Source of the DNA: the human T2T-CHM13v2.0 reference genome, Homo sapiens | DNA length: 64,000 bases | Assembly: GCF_009914755.1 (NCBI RefSeq) | Contig: NC_060940.1 | Strand: one strand, 5' to 3' | Notes under the pieces: generated by a model | Told to the model about the DNA's origin: nothing | What the model saw: only the letters and a program-made list of their open reading frames with translations | The model's database searches: none | Made by a program: the position numbers and the translations under genes | In this document: piece by piece, positions 31,551-46,969 of the stretch | How the letters are laid out: each line of letters starts with the position of its first letter | How positions within the stretch are numbered: the first letter of the stretch is position 1

Positions 31551-34210
31551 CTATTATTTCAATAATACGTTTTGATCAAGGGAGAAAAATAGGGTCAGAA
31601 AACCCGATTGTGTATAGGTGTTGTCTATTCTGATGGGTCAGTTTGTAAATATTTCGGCTGTCATCCTGGGAATAATAGTTGCAGCTAATATTATTGAGCT
31701 TTTACAGTGGCCAGCCACTATTCTAAAAGTATTTAGCCCTCAAAATAGCTTTCTGAGATTGGGGATATAAAGTCCCTATCCTATTCTACTGTTTTCTAAT
31801 TTTTTCTTTCTTACCTGAAAAGTCCACCTGTCAAAGAAACTGATTCCGGCTCAAATCACACCATTGCCATCCAGATGAGCACACCTACAGGGACATTTTC
31901 GTCTCCGCTGTTGTTTGAGGGAGTGATGTTTGTGATGTCACTTTTGATTGTTTGCTGCATGACTAATCTTAAATATTTGTTTAATATGCAAATGATACCT
32001 CCCAATGACAGCTCCAGGGAAACGGCAGATGTCTTTCTCTGAAAATGACACAGCCTCACTGCTGCTCGCACTCAGTTACTGACACTGTGTTGCTTCAACT
32101 CAGAGCTTTGATATACCCAGTTTCATTGCAAACGCACTGACTTCCAGCAAAAAAAGGCCACTGTTAGCACATACAACACCTTTGTGAGAATTAGAAAACT
32201 GTGCTTCCTCTGGACAGATAAATTAGAAGAAAGTACCACCATTACCACTCCCCCACCGCCTAGTAGAAAATTAGAAAAAGCTATTCCCATCTCAGTGGCT
32301 AACACAGGAAAAACTACCCTTCTGGATGTACCTAATATCAAAGGGTACATGGCTTGGGGAGTAGAGAACCAGCTACCTTTTGGGCCACTACTTACCTTCT
32401 TGGCCAGACATCCTTGTTCAGTGCACGACCTGCAAAACCATATATGGCAACCCTGATCCAGAGTCCTAAGATTTTTGTGCTTCTGAATTTCTACATATTG
32501 TGGAATAAAAATGTTATTTCAACAGATTGGCATCAAAGACCCTCTTAGGAACCAAGCTTGATAGGAAAATGCTTTGATGGGCTACTTTATGTGCAGAAAG
32601 ACCCCTCATGGAAGAAGATGGCTTTATAGGTAGAGTCTCTCTCTGGTTAACAGGAATTTGGTAGGAGGCAGGTGGAGGATGGTTAGGCTGAGATAAGAGG
32701 AGAGGAATGAGAAACGAAAAGGGAACTAAGTAACGGGAAGATGGCACCTGTAGAGTGATAAGTTCCTGATGGCAAGGTGGTCAGAGGGCTTTTTTTTTTT
32801 TTTTTTGACAAGGATGTCTAATATTCCAGTTTAGGTTTTAGGGAGGTTATCACACAAATCTCTTCTGTTGCCTTAAAGCTTTACCACCAATCTGACAAAT
32901 ATAACCTTGACTCAGGCCAGTGCTTGCAAAACAGCCAAGTGACCCCAAAACTGATCTAATTCACAAAAGGAGAAACACAAATGCAGAGTGATCCGAGAAG
33001 CCTAATTCATAGAAGCTGCTCTGCACCATACTGCTGAGAGTCCTTGAGGGATGGGAAGAGACTCTGGCTCTCCCACCATATATGGAGTAAAGGTAGAGTC
33101 AATTTCACTTAAATTTCAAGGGACAAGGTAACCCCAGCAGACATCAAGTTTACACATGTCAGCAATGATCATGGAGCTTTGGCTGTCATCTCTCTACTTC
33201 TGTCTGAATTGTGATCATCATAGTTCATAGCTACCAAGTGTCTAATAGGTACCAAGAGCTGAATATGTATGATTTTAAACTTCAAAACAAACTTAGCGAG
33301 ATGAGTATGTCCACATTTGAGAGTTAATGGCCTTGGAGGTAAGTTACATGTTCAAATTACAGAAGTGTTAGGTAACAGAGCTAAAAGATGAACCCAAATC
33401 TCTCCAGCTCCAGAGACAAACTACCTTTCAGTGTCTTGTGGGAGTGAATTCGTATCTGCTTAAACTGTCCTTTCCAACCACTTTAGAAGAAGAGCAAGTT
33501 CCTGGGGCTGAATGTGGGAAATACTTATAGCTGGAAACCCACACATGTGAGCAATTTTCCGTTACCAGAATAAAATCTTGCTAATTTTGGAGATAGGCCA
33601 GGCTAAACTGGGTAAGAATCTGAATTTTAAGATGGTTCTTAAGGCAAGTATAAGTGTAGGATATATAGGACAGTTAACAGTTGAGTCCCCTGTGTTGGTA
33701 TTAGTTCTGGTATGAGTTTAAGGAATGTGAGAATCAGACCCAGATGGAGACCAGGAAGGGAAATGCCTTCCTCCAGCAAGAATGGAGGCTTTGTTGAGTC
33801 CCAATTTCTTCTTCCCAGCCGGCATTCCCTTAACTCTAGGAGTACTTAGCCTGGCGTTTGGAGAGAGTAATTGCTTTCATTTATGTGAAGAGCATGCAGC
33901 ATATGCAATGTGTGCCTAATTACCCTGAAGCATGGCAACAATGATGCTTATCATTAAATAGGGGCTGGATCACCTTCGTTAGAAGTTTTTCTTGATGTCA
34001 ACACTACATTCCGTCATGCATGTTTAGACTTCATGGCTTTTTAAATCATGTTGTAGTGTGGTTACAATGAAGATAAAAGCTAGAGGAAAACACTCCATGC
34101 AGGAATGCCAAGGAGCAGGAGAAGGAAAATACTGTTTTCCATGTGCCAGACACACTGTGGCAGAGGCAGTGGCTTTTCATGTTGACAACCGAATATCTGG
34201 CACTGTTTTC

Positions 34211-34646
34211 TTTTTAAGTTCTGGGACACATGTACAGGATGTGCAGGCTTATTACATAGGTAAACATGTGCCATCGTGTTTTGCTGCATCTATCAACCCA
34301 TCACCTAGATATTAAGCCCCACATATATTAGCTATTTATCGTGATGCTCTCCCTCCCTGCCCCACGGCAGGCCCCAGTGTGTGTTGTTCCCCTCCCTGTT
34401 TCCATGTGTTCTCATTGTCCAGCTCCCATTTATGAGTGAGAACATGCAGTGTTTGGTTTTCTGTTCCTGCGTTAGTTTGCTGAGGATGATGGCTTCCGGC
34501 TCCATCCAAGTCCCTGCAAAGGACATGATCTCATTCCTTTTTATGGCTGCATAGTATTCCACGGTGTATATGTACCACATTTTCTTTATCCAGTCTATCA
34601 CTGATGGGCATTTGGGTTGATTCTATGTCTTTGCAATTGTGAATAG
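34211..34646 (-). mobile_element. L1PA 3' end (about 435 bp)
   Basis: ORF2 C-terminus (ORF 34332-34601); 15-bp TSD tctgg(c/g)actgttttc. Confidence 0.92.
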
Positions 34647-35464
34647 TCTGGGACTGTTTTCAAACATCCCACCCCCTAGGGGATGGCATCATCCCTCGCT
34701 GATAACCACTAGCCCAAATGCAAACATCACTGAGGCACGAGGGCCTTCAGACAGAGGGCCAAAGGGAAACCTGGGAATATTCTAATGGCATTCCAGAGGG
34801 AGGGCAATGGAGGGTTCTGGGATGTGGCGCCATACTGATATTCCAGAGAGAAAGCTGAGAGATACTGGACATACAGTATCCTAGTGACATTCCCAAGAAA
34901 GAAAGTACTGTGGGGCATCTGGAAAGCATGGCAACATGAATGAGACATCTTTCTCCTCCAATCACAGGTCTAACCTTGATGTCATCCATGTGCAGGTGGA
35001 AGCAAATGAGGCCATAGGTTCTGCTTAAATCCCTCCAGAGAGAACTGGGGAGGAGACTTGTTTCTCCAAAGCTAGGTAAATCCTGTAGCTGCAGGATTCA
35101 AACAGCAGCTCCTGGGAAGAACTGGCATCTTAGAGATCTGTGTCTTTCTGAGAAAGCTAAAATTAGTTTGTAACAGTGTGTAAAGTCCTCTGGAGGCCAA
35201 GAAGGAGCTCTCCCTGACACTGAGACAGGGAAGTTCAAGAGGTCAGAAAGGCTTCTTCTAGGTGCTTCTGCAGGGGCTGACCCGCCTAACCACTGCCTCA
35301 CTTTCAACCCACAGGGGTAGAGATTTCACCTCCTATCATCCATGAAGCTGGAAACCTAAAAGGCCAACAAATTAATATACTGTCACTACTAATAACAGCA
35401 AACGCTGAAATAGCTTTAGCCTTGTGCCAATCAGAGTATTTGAAGGATATTAGCACTTTTTGAA

Positions 35465-36520
35465 ATTAAACTTGTTATTTTTAGATAAGTGTAGATTCAC
35501 ATGAAGTTGTAAGTAATAATAGAGAAACCCCATGTACCATTTATCCATTTTCCCCTAATGGCAACGTATTGCACTACAGCACAATAGCACAACCAGGAAA
35601 TTGACATTAATATAGTCAAGATACAGAACATTTCCATCACAAGAATCCCTCATATTGTGCTTGTAGAGCCTCTCACACTTCCTACCCCAATCCCCTCCTT
35701 AGCCCCTGGCTGCCACTCATCTGTTCCCCATTTCAATGACTTTTCCATTTCAAAAATGGTATATAAATGAAATCATATGGTATGTAACCTTTTGAGACTG
35801 CATTTTTTCTCTGAACACAGTTCTCTGGAGATTGATTTGGATTGTTGCATGCGTCAATAGTTTGTTCCTTTTATCACTTAGTAGTATTCCATGATATGGA
35901 TGTGCCACATTTCTTTCTTTTCTTTTTCTTTTTTTTTTTTTTTTTTGAGACAGGTCTTATTCTGTCACCCAGGCTGGAGTACAGTGGCAGTAGTGTGATC
36001 TCAGCTCACTGCAACCTTCACCTCCCTCATTCAAGTGATTCTCCTGCCTCAGCCTTCCGGAGTAGCTGGGATTACAGGTGCATACCACCACATCCAGCTA
36101 ATTTTTGTATTTTAAGCAGAGATGGATTTTCACCATGTTGACCAGGATGGTCTCGAACTCCTGACCTTAAGTGATCTCCCACCTCAGCCCCCTGAAGTGC
36201 TGGGATTACAGGCGTGAGCCACCGTGCCCAGCCAGCTGTGTCACATTTCATCCATTCCCCCACTGAAGGACATCTGAGTTGTTTCCAGCATGGGGATATT
36301 AAGAAAAAAAGTGCAATAAATATTTGTGCACAGATTTTTCTACAAACCTGCTTTCATTTATCTGGGACAAATGCCCGGGTGTACCATTGCTGGGTTGTAA
36401 GGTAGTGGCACGTTTACTTTTTTAGGAAACTGTCAAATTGTTTTCCAGAGTGGCTGTGCCATTTTATAATCCCACCAGCAATATATGAGTGATCCAGTTT
36501 CTCCACATTTTCACCAGCAC
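35465..36520 (-). mobile_element. L1MC-type 3' end interrupted by an Alu
   Basis: gtagattcacatgaagttgtaag...aaccaggaaattgacatt...gtcaagatacagaacatttccatcac. Confidence 0.8.
35914..36233 (-). mobile_element. AluS
   Basis: TSD tgtg(c/t)cacatttc. Confidence 0.95.
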
Positions 36521-37349
36521 TAGATTGGAGTTGGCATACTGGACAGAATCAATATGTTATCCTTGTGCTAAAGCAACGAGGAACTTTCCAGGAAACTCAT
36601 TAGAAGGTTCCTAGATGGAGAAGAAATGAATCCATCAGCTCACCATATTTTAGAATGGATATATTTGTCAGATTAGCAAGGCAGAGAAAATGCAGGAAGA
36701 ATGGATCTCAAGAGAGATGAGTTTTGTTGGGGATGTAGTGGGAGAAGTTCAGAAAAGCTTGTGTTGTTCAGGACAATCACAGCAACGCTACCCAAAGTGC
36801 TCTGTGTCTCTTGATGGTAAAGTGAAAAGAAGAGACAGCAGCCAAAAGCAAATTTCACGAACTCTGAAAACCCAGATACTCAGGGATCAGTTCCCTGAAG
36901 TCTACTCAATCCTACTGTCTGCAGAATTCTTGCAATCAATAGCACAGTAAATACTCCAGCGTTAGTCAACCAGTGGCTCAATCTCTCAAATGCACCGGAC
37001 TTGTCCACTTCCATCTTTCTCCTCCACCCCTCATTTCAGCCTTATCTTTTCCCTCTCTTTTTGGCGCCAATATTTTTATGGATGCAACAGAACTTGGTCC
37101 CTGTACTGTAGCTTCTATTGCTCCATCAGTCTTCCTCCTCCATTCACTCAGAAAATTCTCTTTCCTCGTGGTACCAAATTGTTTTCCCATCTCAACGCTT
37201 AAAACTTTGATTCCAAATTTCTACTATGGCAAAGAGTAACTGTGATAAACCAAAGAGATGGTATGAAGGTATGAGGGATGATTGGGTAGGGCTCAACAGA
37301 AGAAAAAGCAATTGGAGAAAAAAAAAGCCACAACACCTTCATTTTGAGC

Positions 37350-37590
37350 ATATTAAAATAGCTATTTTTACTGAGGGATTATAAATGTGCCAGGCATTGT
37401 GTTAAATACTTTATCACAGACAATCCTTCAAACATTCCAATAAGATATGTACTATTTTTAGATCTCCCTTGAAAGTAGGAAAAGTGACTTTGAGAGATGA
37501 AGTTACATGGCTAAGGTCATAATACTGTAAGCAGGGAAGCCAAGATCCAAACCTAGGCAGTCTTTTCCAGAACCCTTGTCCTGTCCAAGA
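37350..37590 (-). mobile_element. MIR
   Basis: atgtgccaggcattgtgttaa...gaagttacatggctaaggtca...gatccaaacctaggcagtct. Confidence 0.7.
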
Positions 37591-39028
37591 TTTATCAACC
37601 AAGAAAAATTCATTTAGTATCAGCTCAGATATTGAGCCTGAGTCTCCTGTAGCCAGGATATAGGTTATATTGTGTGAGAGAAAGGTAAGGAAGGACTGTT
37701 CCAACATGACTGGCCATGGATGTAGATCTTATCTGGGTTCCGGGACTGTATCTGGCTTCCTTGAGCCATCTTAGATGCCCTTGGATGCCCAGACTAGGTC
37801 TGGGCACCAACCTGGGTGAGATTCCCAGCCTCACCCAGCCTGGTGCCTGATATCTAATTGAAAGAAAGAGGAGCCATTCTTATGACTGCATAGAGGGACA
37901 ATATTTCTACAAAAACCTACATATTAAAAGATCATTTGGACTTCCATTTCTAATCAAATGGATGACCTACCATCCCCCTGAAAACAACTAAAAGTGCTGA
38001 TAGTTAGAAATTATCAGGCCTAAATCTAAGGAAAAGCAGGAACTCAGAAAGATAAACAGAGTGCTGATCCACTTTCGTCCTGAAAGTATTTCCCAAATCT
38101 GATGAGCTTAGACTTCATGGGGGAACAAGTGACTTATTACCAAGCCTAAAGCCTTCCCAAAGTGGGAAGTTAAATGCAAGATTCTACCAAATATGGGACC
38201 CCAAGGGTTATAATATCAGTGTGAGGATGAACCAGACATAGGTCCCAAGCCCCAGAGTCTATAAGAAAATTTTGTTTCACAACAAGCAGAGCAAGGAGGA
38301 AAACACCTTCTCTAAAAAGACATAACCACGGGGGTTACAGCCCAAAATGAGCCACCCACAGGGTCCAACAAACTCTAAGTTGTGAACGAGTTTAACACAT
38401 TTGCAGACTCTGCCCCAGGTGTCCAGTAGAGGCAAAGGAAAATGCTCTCAGAAGAAGGTGAATTCCCCCCAATCCTCAAGGGATGACCACATATAAAAAT
38501 CCAAGGAAAATAAGCAGCACATAGTAATAAATATTTAAGCACACAAGGACAAAAGGCACAATGAGCAGAGCATAAGAGACATAGAGAAACAACCACGGGA
38601 GATTCTTGGAAGATGGGAGCAATGGCAACTTCGTGTTTCAATCTCTTTCAACCCCTACCCGAAAGCAGAGCAGTTATATAGAAAAACTAAAAACACGTGG
38701 CCAACATCTAAACAACCAAGAACCCCAAATTACAAGAGGGTGGGGACAGACCACTAACAGATACAAGACCCACACAGTATTGATATCTGTAGAACATGGG
38801 AAAGAAGGAAGTTATAAAAGCAAAATATGATGGACTTGGAAAAAAGTGAACCCCAAGGTAGCCAACTAGAAAGAACCAAAGAAACAATGCCTTAAAGAAA
38901 CAGAGAGTGGAGAGGAGGAAATATTAAGAAGACAAAAAGAAATGAAGAACACAGATATTTGTACACCCATGTTTATAGCAGCATCATTTGCAATAGCCAA
39001 AAGGTAGAAGCAACCCACATGTCCATCA

Positions 39029-39325
<297 letters not shown>

Positions 39326-40459
39326 TTAAAAAGCACAGTATATATGCAATGACGTATTATTCAGCCTTAAAAAAAATGAAATTCTGACACATGCTACAAC
39401 ATGGATGAGACTTGAGGACATCATGTTAAGTGAAATAAGCCAATCACAAAAGAACAAATATTGTATTACTTGACTCACGTGAGGTACTTAGAGTAGTCAA
39501 ATTCAGAGAGGCAGAAGGTAGAATAGAGGTTGCCAGGGCCTGAGAGGAGTAGGAAATGAAGTATTGCTTAATGGGCACAGAGTTTCACTTTTCCAAGATC
39601 AAAGAAGTCCTGGAGATGGATCCTGGTGATGGATGCACATTATGTATTTAATACTACTGAATTGTACACTTAAAAATGGTGAGGGTAAATTTTATGTTTT
39701 GTATACTTTAACATAGTTTTTAAAAATAAAATAAATTTTAAAAAGAAATGTAGAGGGGAAAAAAGAGAGTAACAAGCATTGAAAATAGGCAATGGAGATC
39801 AAACAGATGGATAGCAGGAATTTGTGTACATGAAAACCAAAGCAAAGGGACAGAAGAAACCCTAAAAATGATATTTCAAGAAAACATTCCTAAAATTAAA
39901 AAGAAATTATTTGAAGCTACATTTTTAAAGTACACAATGCAAACATGAGAATGTTGACCTGGAATAATTAATATTTAGACATATCCTAATATAATATGGG
40001 ACTTAAAATATTCTTTCAGCATCTTGCAGAAAAGAACATGTAACTTTTAAGGGAAAGAAAATTAGATGAGTATCAGGCATTGAAAGCCATACTTTATGCC
40101 AGAAGAAAATTGAGTAATATATATAAGATACTCAAAGGAAGAGAGCATCAAGGATTTTATATCCAGCAAAAATTGATTTTCAAGTACAAAAGCCATAGAC
40201 AAACTTATCACAGCTCAAGAACTCAAGAAATACTGTTTTTCTAAGCCTTTCCTGAGTAATCTACTGTAGAATGAGTTTTAGACAATCAAAATAACTTAAG
40301 GGTAAATAACATAATGATTGCTAATGAGCATCAAATAAAAATCAATTAAGGTAAATAGAATTAAGACAAAATGAAAACAAAGAGGGGAAGGAAATATTAT
40401 GAAAGGCTATATGCTCTGGCAATGTGTATATAGTATAGCTATTAAGAATGATGAGACTA

Positions 40460-40796
<337 letters not shown>

Positions 40797-41764
40797 CTAT
40801 ATAGGTTGGTCATAATTCGTAGATCTGTGTACCTGAAATGGATAACTTTGCTGTTACCCTAAATTTTAGCTCAATGAACTTGAAAAAAGAAGGGGATAAG
40901 AAGAACATACACCAAAAAATTTTAAGTGTTTTAAGTAATCATAATGGAGATGATATGATTATTATTATATTATTACTATTCAGGGACTGTTATATACGTA
41001 AAATTGGATAAAATGAGGAATTATAATTTTATCATCCTCTAGGTCCTTGAAAACTAAGTTTCTTGGAATGGAAGAGTACTTATTGATATAATAGAAATGA
41101 GGTTTAAAATAAAACCTCAGAAATCTTGACTTAGAATTAGAAATATCAATATGAATCCATGAGATATTTTGTATATTATGTTATAATTTGTTTCTTAAAA
41201 ACTTCTAGAGACAACAACCAACTCAACAGCAATGAATATCCCTAAGTGCCCAAGTTATGGTCTTGAAATACCATTCATCTAAAAGACACCAGGGCTTCTT
41301 GGAGAAATAGCTGATTCCAAGTGTGGGATCAGAAATATACAGGACTAGCCTGGAATACAGTATAATTCCAGATAGGATTACAGCTGTCAAAGACCACAAG
41401 GGTCACATAGAAAAGGCCCAGTAGCAAACTCAAACAGGCTTGCATTGGCAAAGATGGGAGAAGTTGAACTTCAACAAAGATAATAAGGGGTAGTGAATTA
41501 AAATTCCAGTATGTTGAAGCCTATGAGTTCATAATGCAATTTGTAAAAAGAACAAACAAACAACAACAAAAAAACTGATACCTTTTGGGGATGACAAGAA
41601 ACCAATTCATTATATTGAAAACTGGTAAATAAAGAAAAATAAGCACATATTCTGCATTTTTCATGTGAACATACTGGGTAATCACATAGTAAACGAAATA
41701 AACGGCCTCTGTCAAAGTGCTTGACTGATAAGTGAAACACAAATCATAGCATCAGAACATTATC

Positions 41765-42231
41765 GTGTTAGGCTGAATAAGAGCCCCCTGAATTGTCCAA
41801 ATATTAATCCCTAGACCTATGAATGCTATCTTATATGGCAGCAAAAGGGTTTTTGCAGGTGTGACTAAGAATCCTGAGATAGGGAGGTGATCTTGATGGG
41901 CAAGATGTAATCTCAGGGTTCCTTATAGGAGGGAATCAGAGAGACGAAAGACAAAACAGTAGTGAAAGCACAGAGAAATCTGAAGATGCTAAATTGCTGC
42001 CTTTGAAGATGGGTGAAGGGGCTATGAGCCAAGGAATCCAATTCCCAACTCTGGAAAAGGTAAGAAAACAAATTCTTCCCTGGAGACTCTTAAGGGAGCG
42101 AACTCCTTAGTTTCAGCCCAATGAACCCACTTGGGACCTTGGGCCTATAGAACTCTAAGAATAAATTTGTGTCATTTTAAATAGCTAGGTTTGTGGCAAT
42201 TTGTTACCACAGCCATTGAAAGAAAATAAGA
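41765..42231 (+). mobile_element. MLT1D LTR
   Basis: ttatatggcagcaaaagggtttttgcaggtgtgactaag...ttgtggcaatttgttaccacagc. Confidence 0.8.
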
Positions 42232-42415
42232 CAATCAACATTTTGCAACCACCAATAAATAAATATGTTACAATTTTAAAAGTAAAAATTAAAAAGAAAC
42301 AGAAAAAAGGCTGAGAGATTAAGAAATACTGAAAACAGGCAACAGAGGCTGAACACAGGGATAGCAGGAATTTGTGCAGATGAAAACCAAAGCAAGGGAA
42401 CAGAAGAAATCCTAA

Positions 42416-42808
<393 letters not shown>

Positions 42809-43671
42809 TAAACCATACAATTGACTTGTGTGTTTTTCTGTATCTGTGTGTTGCCTTAGGACTATAATTATGACGTTTAATGAAATAAAATACAGGCTTC
42901 AGACAGCCTTCATTAAACAGAAGACTATTAAATAGATGACAAGAAATCAAAAATCTAAAGATAAAACATATATAAATGGTTTAAAAAAGTCAATGAGCAG
43001 GTTTAACTTCAGATTAGATACAAATGTAGAAGAATAGGGGAACTGGAAGACAAGTCGAAAGAAATTATGAAGCAGCAGCTGAGAGACGACCCAAACAGAC
43101 CAGGGAATTCTAACGTATTTATAATCAGAATTCAAGCAGGTGAAGGCAGAAAGAATGAAGAAAAGCAAACCTATGATGATATTATGAGAATTTTTCAGAA
43201 TGATTACAGGAGAGTAAACACAGAGTCAAGGAGCCCAATAAATATCCAGCAGGAAGAAAAGCAAAACAAACAATGAAACCCCTCATCTAGACATGTCAGA
43301 CTGAAATGGCAGAATACTAGCTACAAAGAGAAGAACATAAAAGAAGTCAGAAAAAAATTACCTTCAAAAGATTTACAGTTAGCCCTACAGCTGACTTCAT
43401 TAGTAACAATAGAATAAAGATCATTCTGAAGGCTTAGTCTCTGAAGATGGCAAGGGGGAAAACTTTAAAGAGGGAAAGACTTCAGATTTTAATTTAATTT
43501 CTGCAGGCCTGTAATGCATCTCATTAAAATTACCACAAGAAGGAAAGAAGAGGAAAGGAGGGAGAAGGTAGGAAGGAAGAAAAAGAGATAAGGAGAGGAG
43601 AGAGGAATAAAACATAAATTTAAGTGCAGAGTCCTTAATTCCTGTCTGGCCCCATATCACAATATTCAAGG

Positions 43672-43883
43672 CAGTGGTGGCCTAATAAATGTTTTAACAG
43701 ATGGATCTCTGAAACAAAAAGCCAAGATTCTGTAGCATTTGCCAATTTCTATGGAGAAAGCACCCATACAAAGCCTGATTTCAAGCTACTACCATGACAT
43801 CACTGAGCTTGGATTTGGGAAGTTATATGCATAGTCAGCTCCCTCAATCTGGTAGGAGGAGATGGTTCCAACACCGTTGCTGG
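43672..43883 (-). mobile_element. MER63A (short hAT-Blackjack MITE)
   Basis: tgtagcatttgccaatttc...gatttcaagctac...gacatcactga; homologous to 22138-23047 in opposite orientation. Confidence 0.75.
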
Positions 43884-45642
43884 TTTCAAGGTCTCACACG
43901 CTGCTATTAGTGGGCCAGTCCAAAAATCAAATCTGTATCTCTCAAAAGTCCCAATCCTTTCCTCTTGATGCATCTAAAAATGTGATTACCACCTTCTTGG
44001 TATGAAGAAGCCCAGGTTCAATTTAGAGCGATTTCAGTGTCTGGACCATTGCGAGGGAAGTTAGTTGCTTAGTAGAGGCTGGTCTTGTAGGTGATGTCCA
44101 AAGTATACTAGCTTAGGAGAAGCCATTGGTCCTCTAGAAGTCATAGGTACTAGGCAAAAATCTTTTCTTAGAAAAAAACAATTATTTGACAGTGTGCTGA
44201 TTAGGAGGATTCCAAATCTAAATAAGCCCAGTCCTTCAGGTTAAAAGTGTTTTGATTTCCTCACTTAACCATTTACACACACCACCCAATATAGTCTAAC
44301 CATAGTGCAAAAAGTTATCCCACAGGCAAGTTTGTTTACATGTTTGCAGACACTGTATTGGTTTTCAAGTCGAAAGCCAATAACCCCTATGGAACATGCC
44401 CTATAGATTACAAAAGTTTACTAAAAACTGTTAAGTTTTAATAATAGACTACAACTTGAACACTTGGCATATTCTGTAATAAGAAAAACACAAACTTATG
44501 TACACGCATACAACTTCCCTTATCTTGTATTCTAGAAAATGAGAAAGATTGGAGTAGTCATGATTGGGCACAGTCCCATTTCATGCAAGTTTAAACTTCC
44601 TTGGGTTGGGACTAGTTTCACTTGGGCCACCTCTTGGTCTACTGGTATGAGAAATTAGAAATGTAGAGATCCTCGGGCACCCCCAGAATGGCTTAGTTTA
44701 GAGTCTACTAACTGTAGCATTGGTGAAAAACAGGCCACGGGGGGATAGCCCTATTTGAAGCCTTCTCATAGGTTGAAACCTTAGATGCTTTGGACCTTAG
44801 CACTTAGCTAACACACAGCTGCTTCCTGCCATAAGCTAACTGCCGACATACAAGATGAGAAGTCTTCCTAAGGTCTATGTATCTTAGACGCCCAGAACCA
44901 CCATTTGCTATGTTTTTATGGATCAGTGCCAAAAAGAGACCATTGGTCTAGTTTCTCTCTATGCTTATAATTACTTTCATTATGATTATCCCATTACTCT
45001 GCTCTTCCACTGACTCTTAGTTAGGTACCCTCCAGCCCTCTTAGTAGAACGTCTTAAGTGAAATAATCGGGACCAAGTATTGTGGGAATGTTAGCGTCTT
45101 CTTAGAAAACCCCTGGCCTCTATATGCAAAGTGCCCTTCTCCCCTTTGCAGACAAAGAGAAGTGTGTAGGTAGGGCCTCTATGTCAAATCGAAGACCTCA
45201 TTATAATAGTTTCCAAATCTAGGTCTGCTCAGCTTATATCTGCTTATTAAAGAGCATAGACAGCTGCTCTCAATTGACCTTCTTTTCCCCACCAGAATGA
45301 AGAGCAGCTGGCAGCTTCTTTAGCTAAAGAAGGGAAAAATCTGGTTTGGCTATTCCACTCCACAGGGACTCAGTATGAACCTGCTGTCAAAATCAGGGAG
45401 AAGCTTCCACTAACAAGACTGATGGATAAAACTGAAAATGGGCATGTAAATGTCTCACTAGACATACTGTAGGACACTCACTCTCCCTACAGCCCCTTGT
45501 ATCTCCTGCACACATCTCTTCGACAACCTTACCACTGTCTCAGACATGTAAGGTACTTGCCAAGCAGAAAGAAACTGTTACTCTTCAGAATCGACACTTG
45601 GTTTAGTGTTGTCTAGGCCACATCCATCAATAGCATTCTTTT

Positions 45643-46076
45643 TGTTTTAAGTTCTGGCATACTTGTGCAGAACATGCAGGTTTGTTACATCGGTATACAT
45701 GTGCCATGGTGGTTTGATGCACCCATCAACCTGTCATCAAGGTTTTAAGCCCCACATGCATTAGTTATTTGGCCTAATGCTCTCCCTCCGCTATACGCCC
45801 CCACCCCCCCACCCACCCCCACAGGCCCCGGTGTGTGATGTTCCCCTGTGTCCATGTGTTCTTATTGTTCAACTTCTACTTATGAGTGAGAACATGTGGT
45901 GTTTGGTTTCGTGTTCCTGTGTTAGTTTGCTGAGAATGATGGTTTCTAGCTTCATCCATGTTCCTGTAAAGGACATGAACTCATTCTTTTTTATGGCTGC
46001 ATAGTATTCCATGGTGTATATGTGCCACATTTTCTTTATCCAGTCTATCATTGGGTTGGTTCCAAGTCTTTGCTAT
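45643..46076 (-). mobile_element. L1PA 3' end (about 435 bp)
   Basis: Perfect 18-bp TSD catcaatagcattctttt (45625-45642, 46077-46094). Confidence 0.93.
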
Positions 46077-46176
46077 CATCAATAGCATTCTTTTACATCC
46101 AATCAAATAATCTAACTTGGAGAAAAGTACTGGCCAGAAGGTAAGAGGAGCAGCATTCTTAATCCTAAGAGATGTG

Positions 46177-46179
<3 letters not shown>

Positions 46180-46218
<39 letters not shown>

Positions 46219-46221
46219 ACA
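46180..46221. repeat. (CA)n microsatellite
   Basis: Seen directly. Confidence 0.95.
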
Positions 46222-46324
46222 CTCTCAGCCAGATAGAGTCACTGCAGCAGTACATGCCGCAAACTCTATTTTCTTCTTATGCTTATTGTTTCAACTTTTC
46301 AGAAGGTCAGAAATGTAAACAGAA

Positions 46325-46969
46325 CAGTGGCTCTCAAAGTATGGTCCCTGCAATGGCAGCATTAGTATCACCTGGGAACTTGTTAGCAATGTAAATCCTC
46401 AGGCCTCACCCCAGACCTGGTCAATCAGAAACTCTGGGGATAAAGACTAGCATTCTAGTTTAAAACACCTCCCAGGTTGCCAAGTCTGTCCTGCATAACC
46501 CAGCCCATGGATGAAATGAGTACTCAGACACAGGTATGCAGTGTAAGAGCAGCTAGGTGACTGCCTGGCTCTAGTGGCCAGAGAGCAGCCCTGAGAAGCT
46601 GGAGCTACTTGCTTTCAGTGCAGGCACAATGCCGAAAACCTGGAGCCCACAAAACCTGTAGGTAATTAATATTTATTGTTCCCCTTTCAGGGAACATCAC
46701 ACAAATAATCAAAAGTCAGTTCCTGGTCAACATAAGTAAACAAGCTTGTTTAAGATAAATTCCCCCACACTCCGTTGTACCTACTTCTTGCCCTCTGTCT
46801 CAGGATTATAGAACAGCTGCCTTTAGCTATTCTTCCCCCGGGGATTTGCAGAATCTTCTGACCTTTCAGAAGGTTTGCATCCTTTCCCTATAGTTTTTCC
46901 TACCACTCTGGCCAATCTCCCATATCAGGTGATTCTATTCTAGTAACAGTAATGTTTAAGAACTAGTGG
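46325..46969. mobile_element. MER5A split by an LTR22
   Basis: cagtggctctcaaagtatggtccc...tcacctgggaacttgttag; resumes caggtgattct after the LTR. Confidence 0.85.
46478..46924 (-). mobile_element. LTR22-family solo LTR (HERV-K22/HML-5)
   Basis: Minus strand ggtacaacggagtgtgggggaatttatcttaaacaagcttgtttacttatgttgaccaggaactgac; 6-bp TSD (c/t)caggt. Confidence 0.85.
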
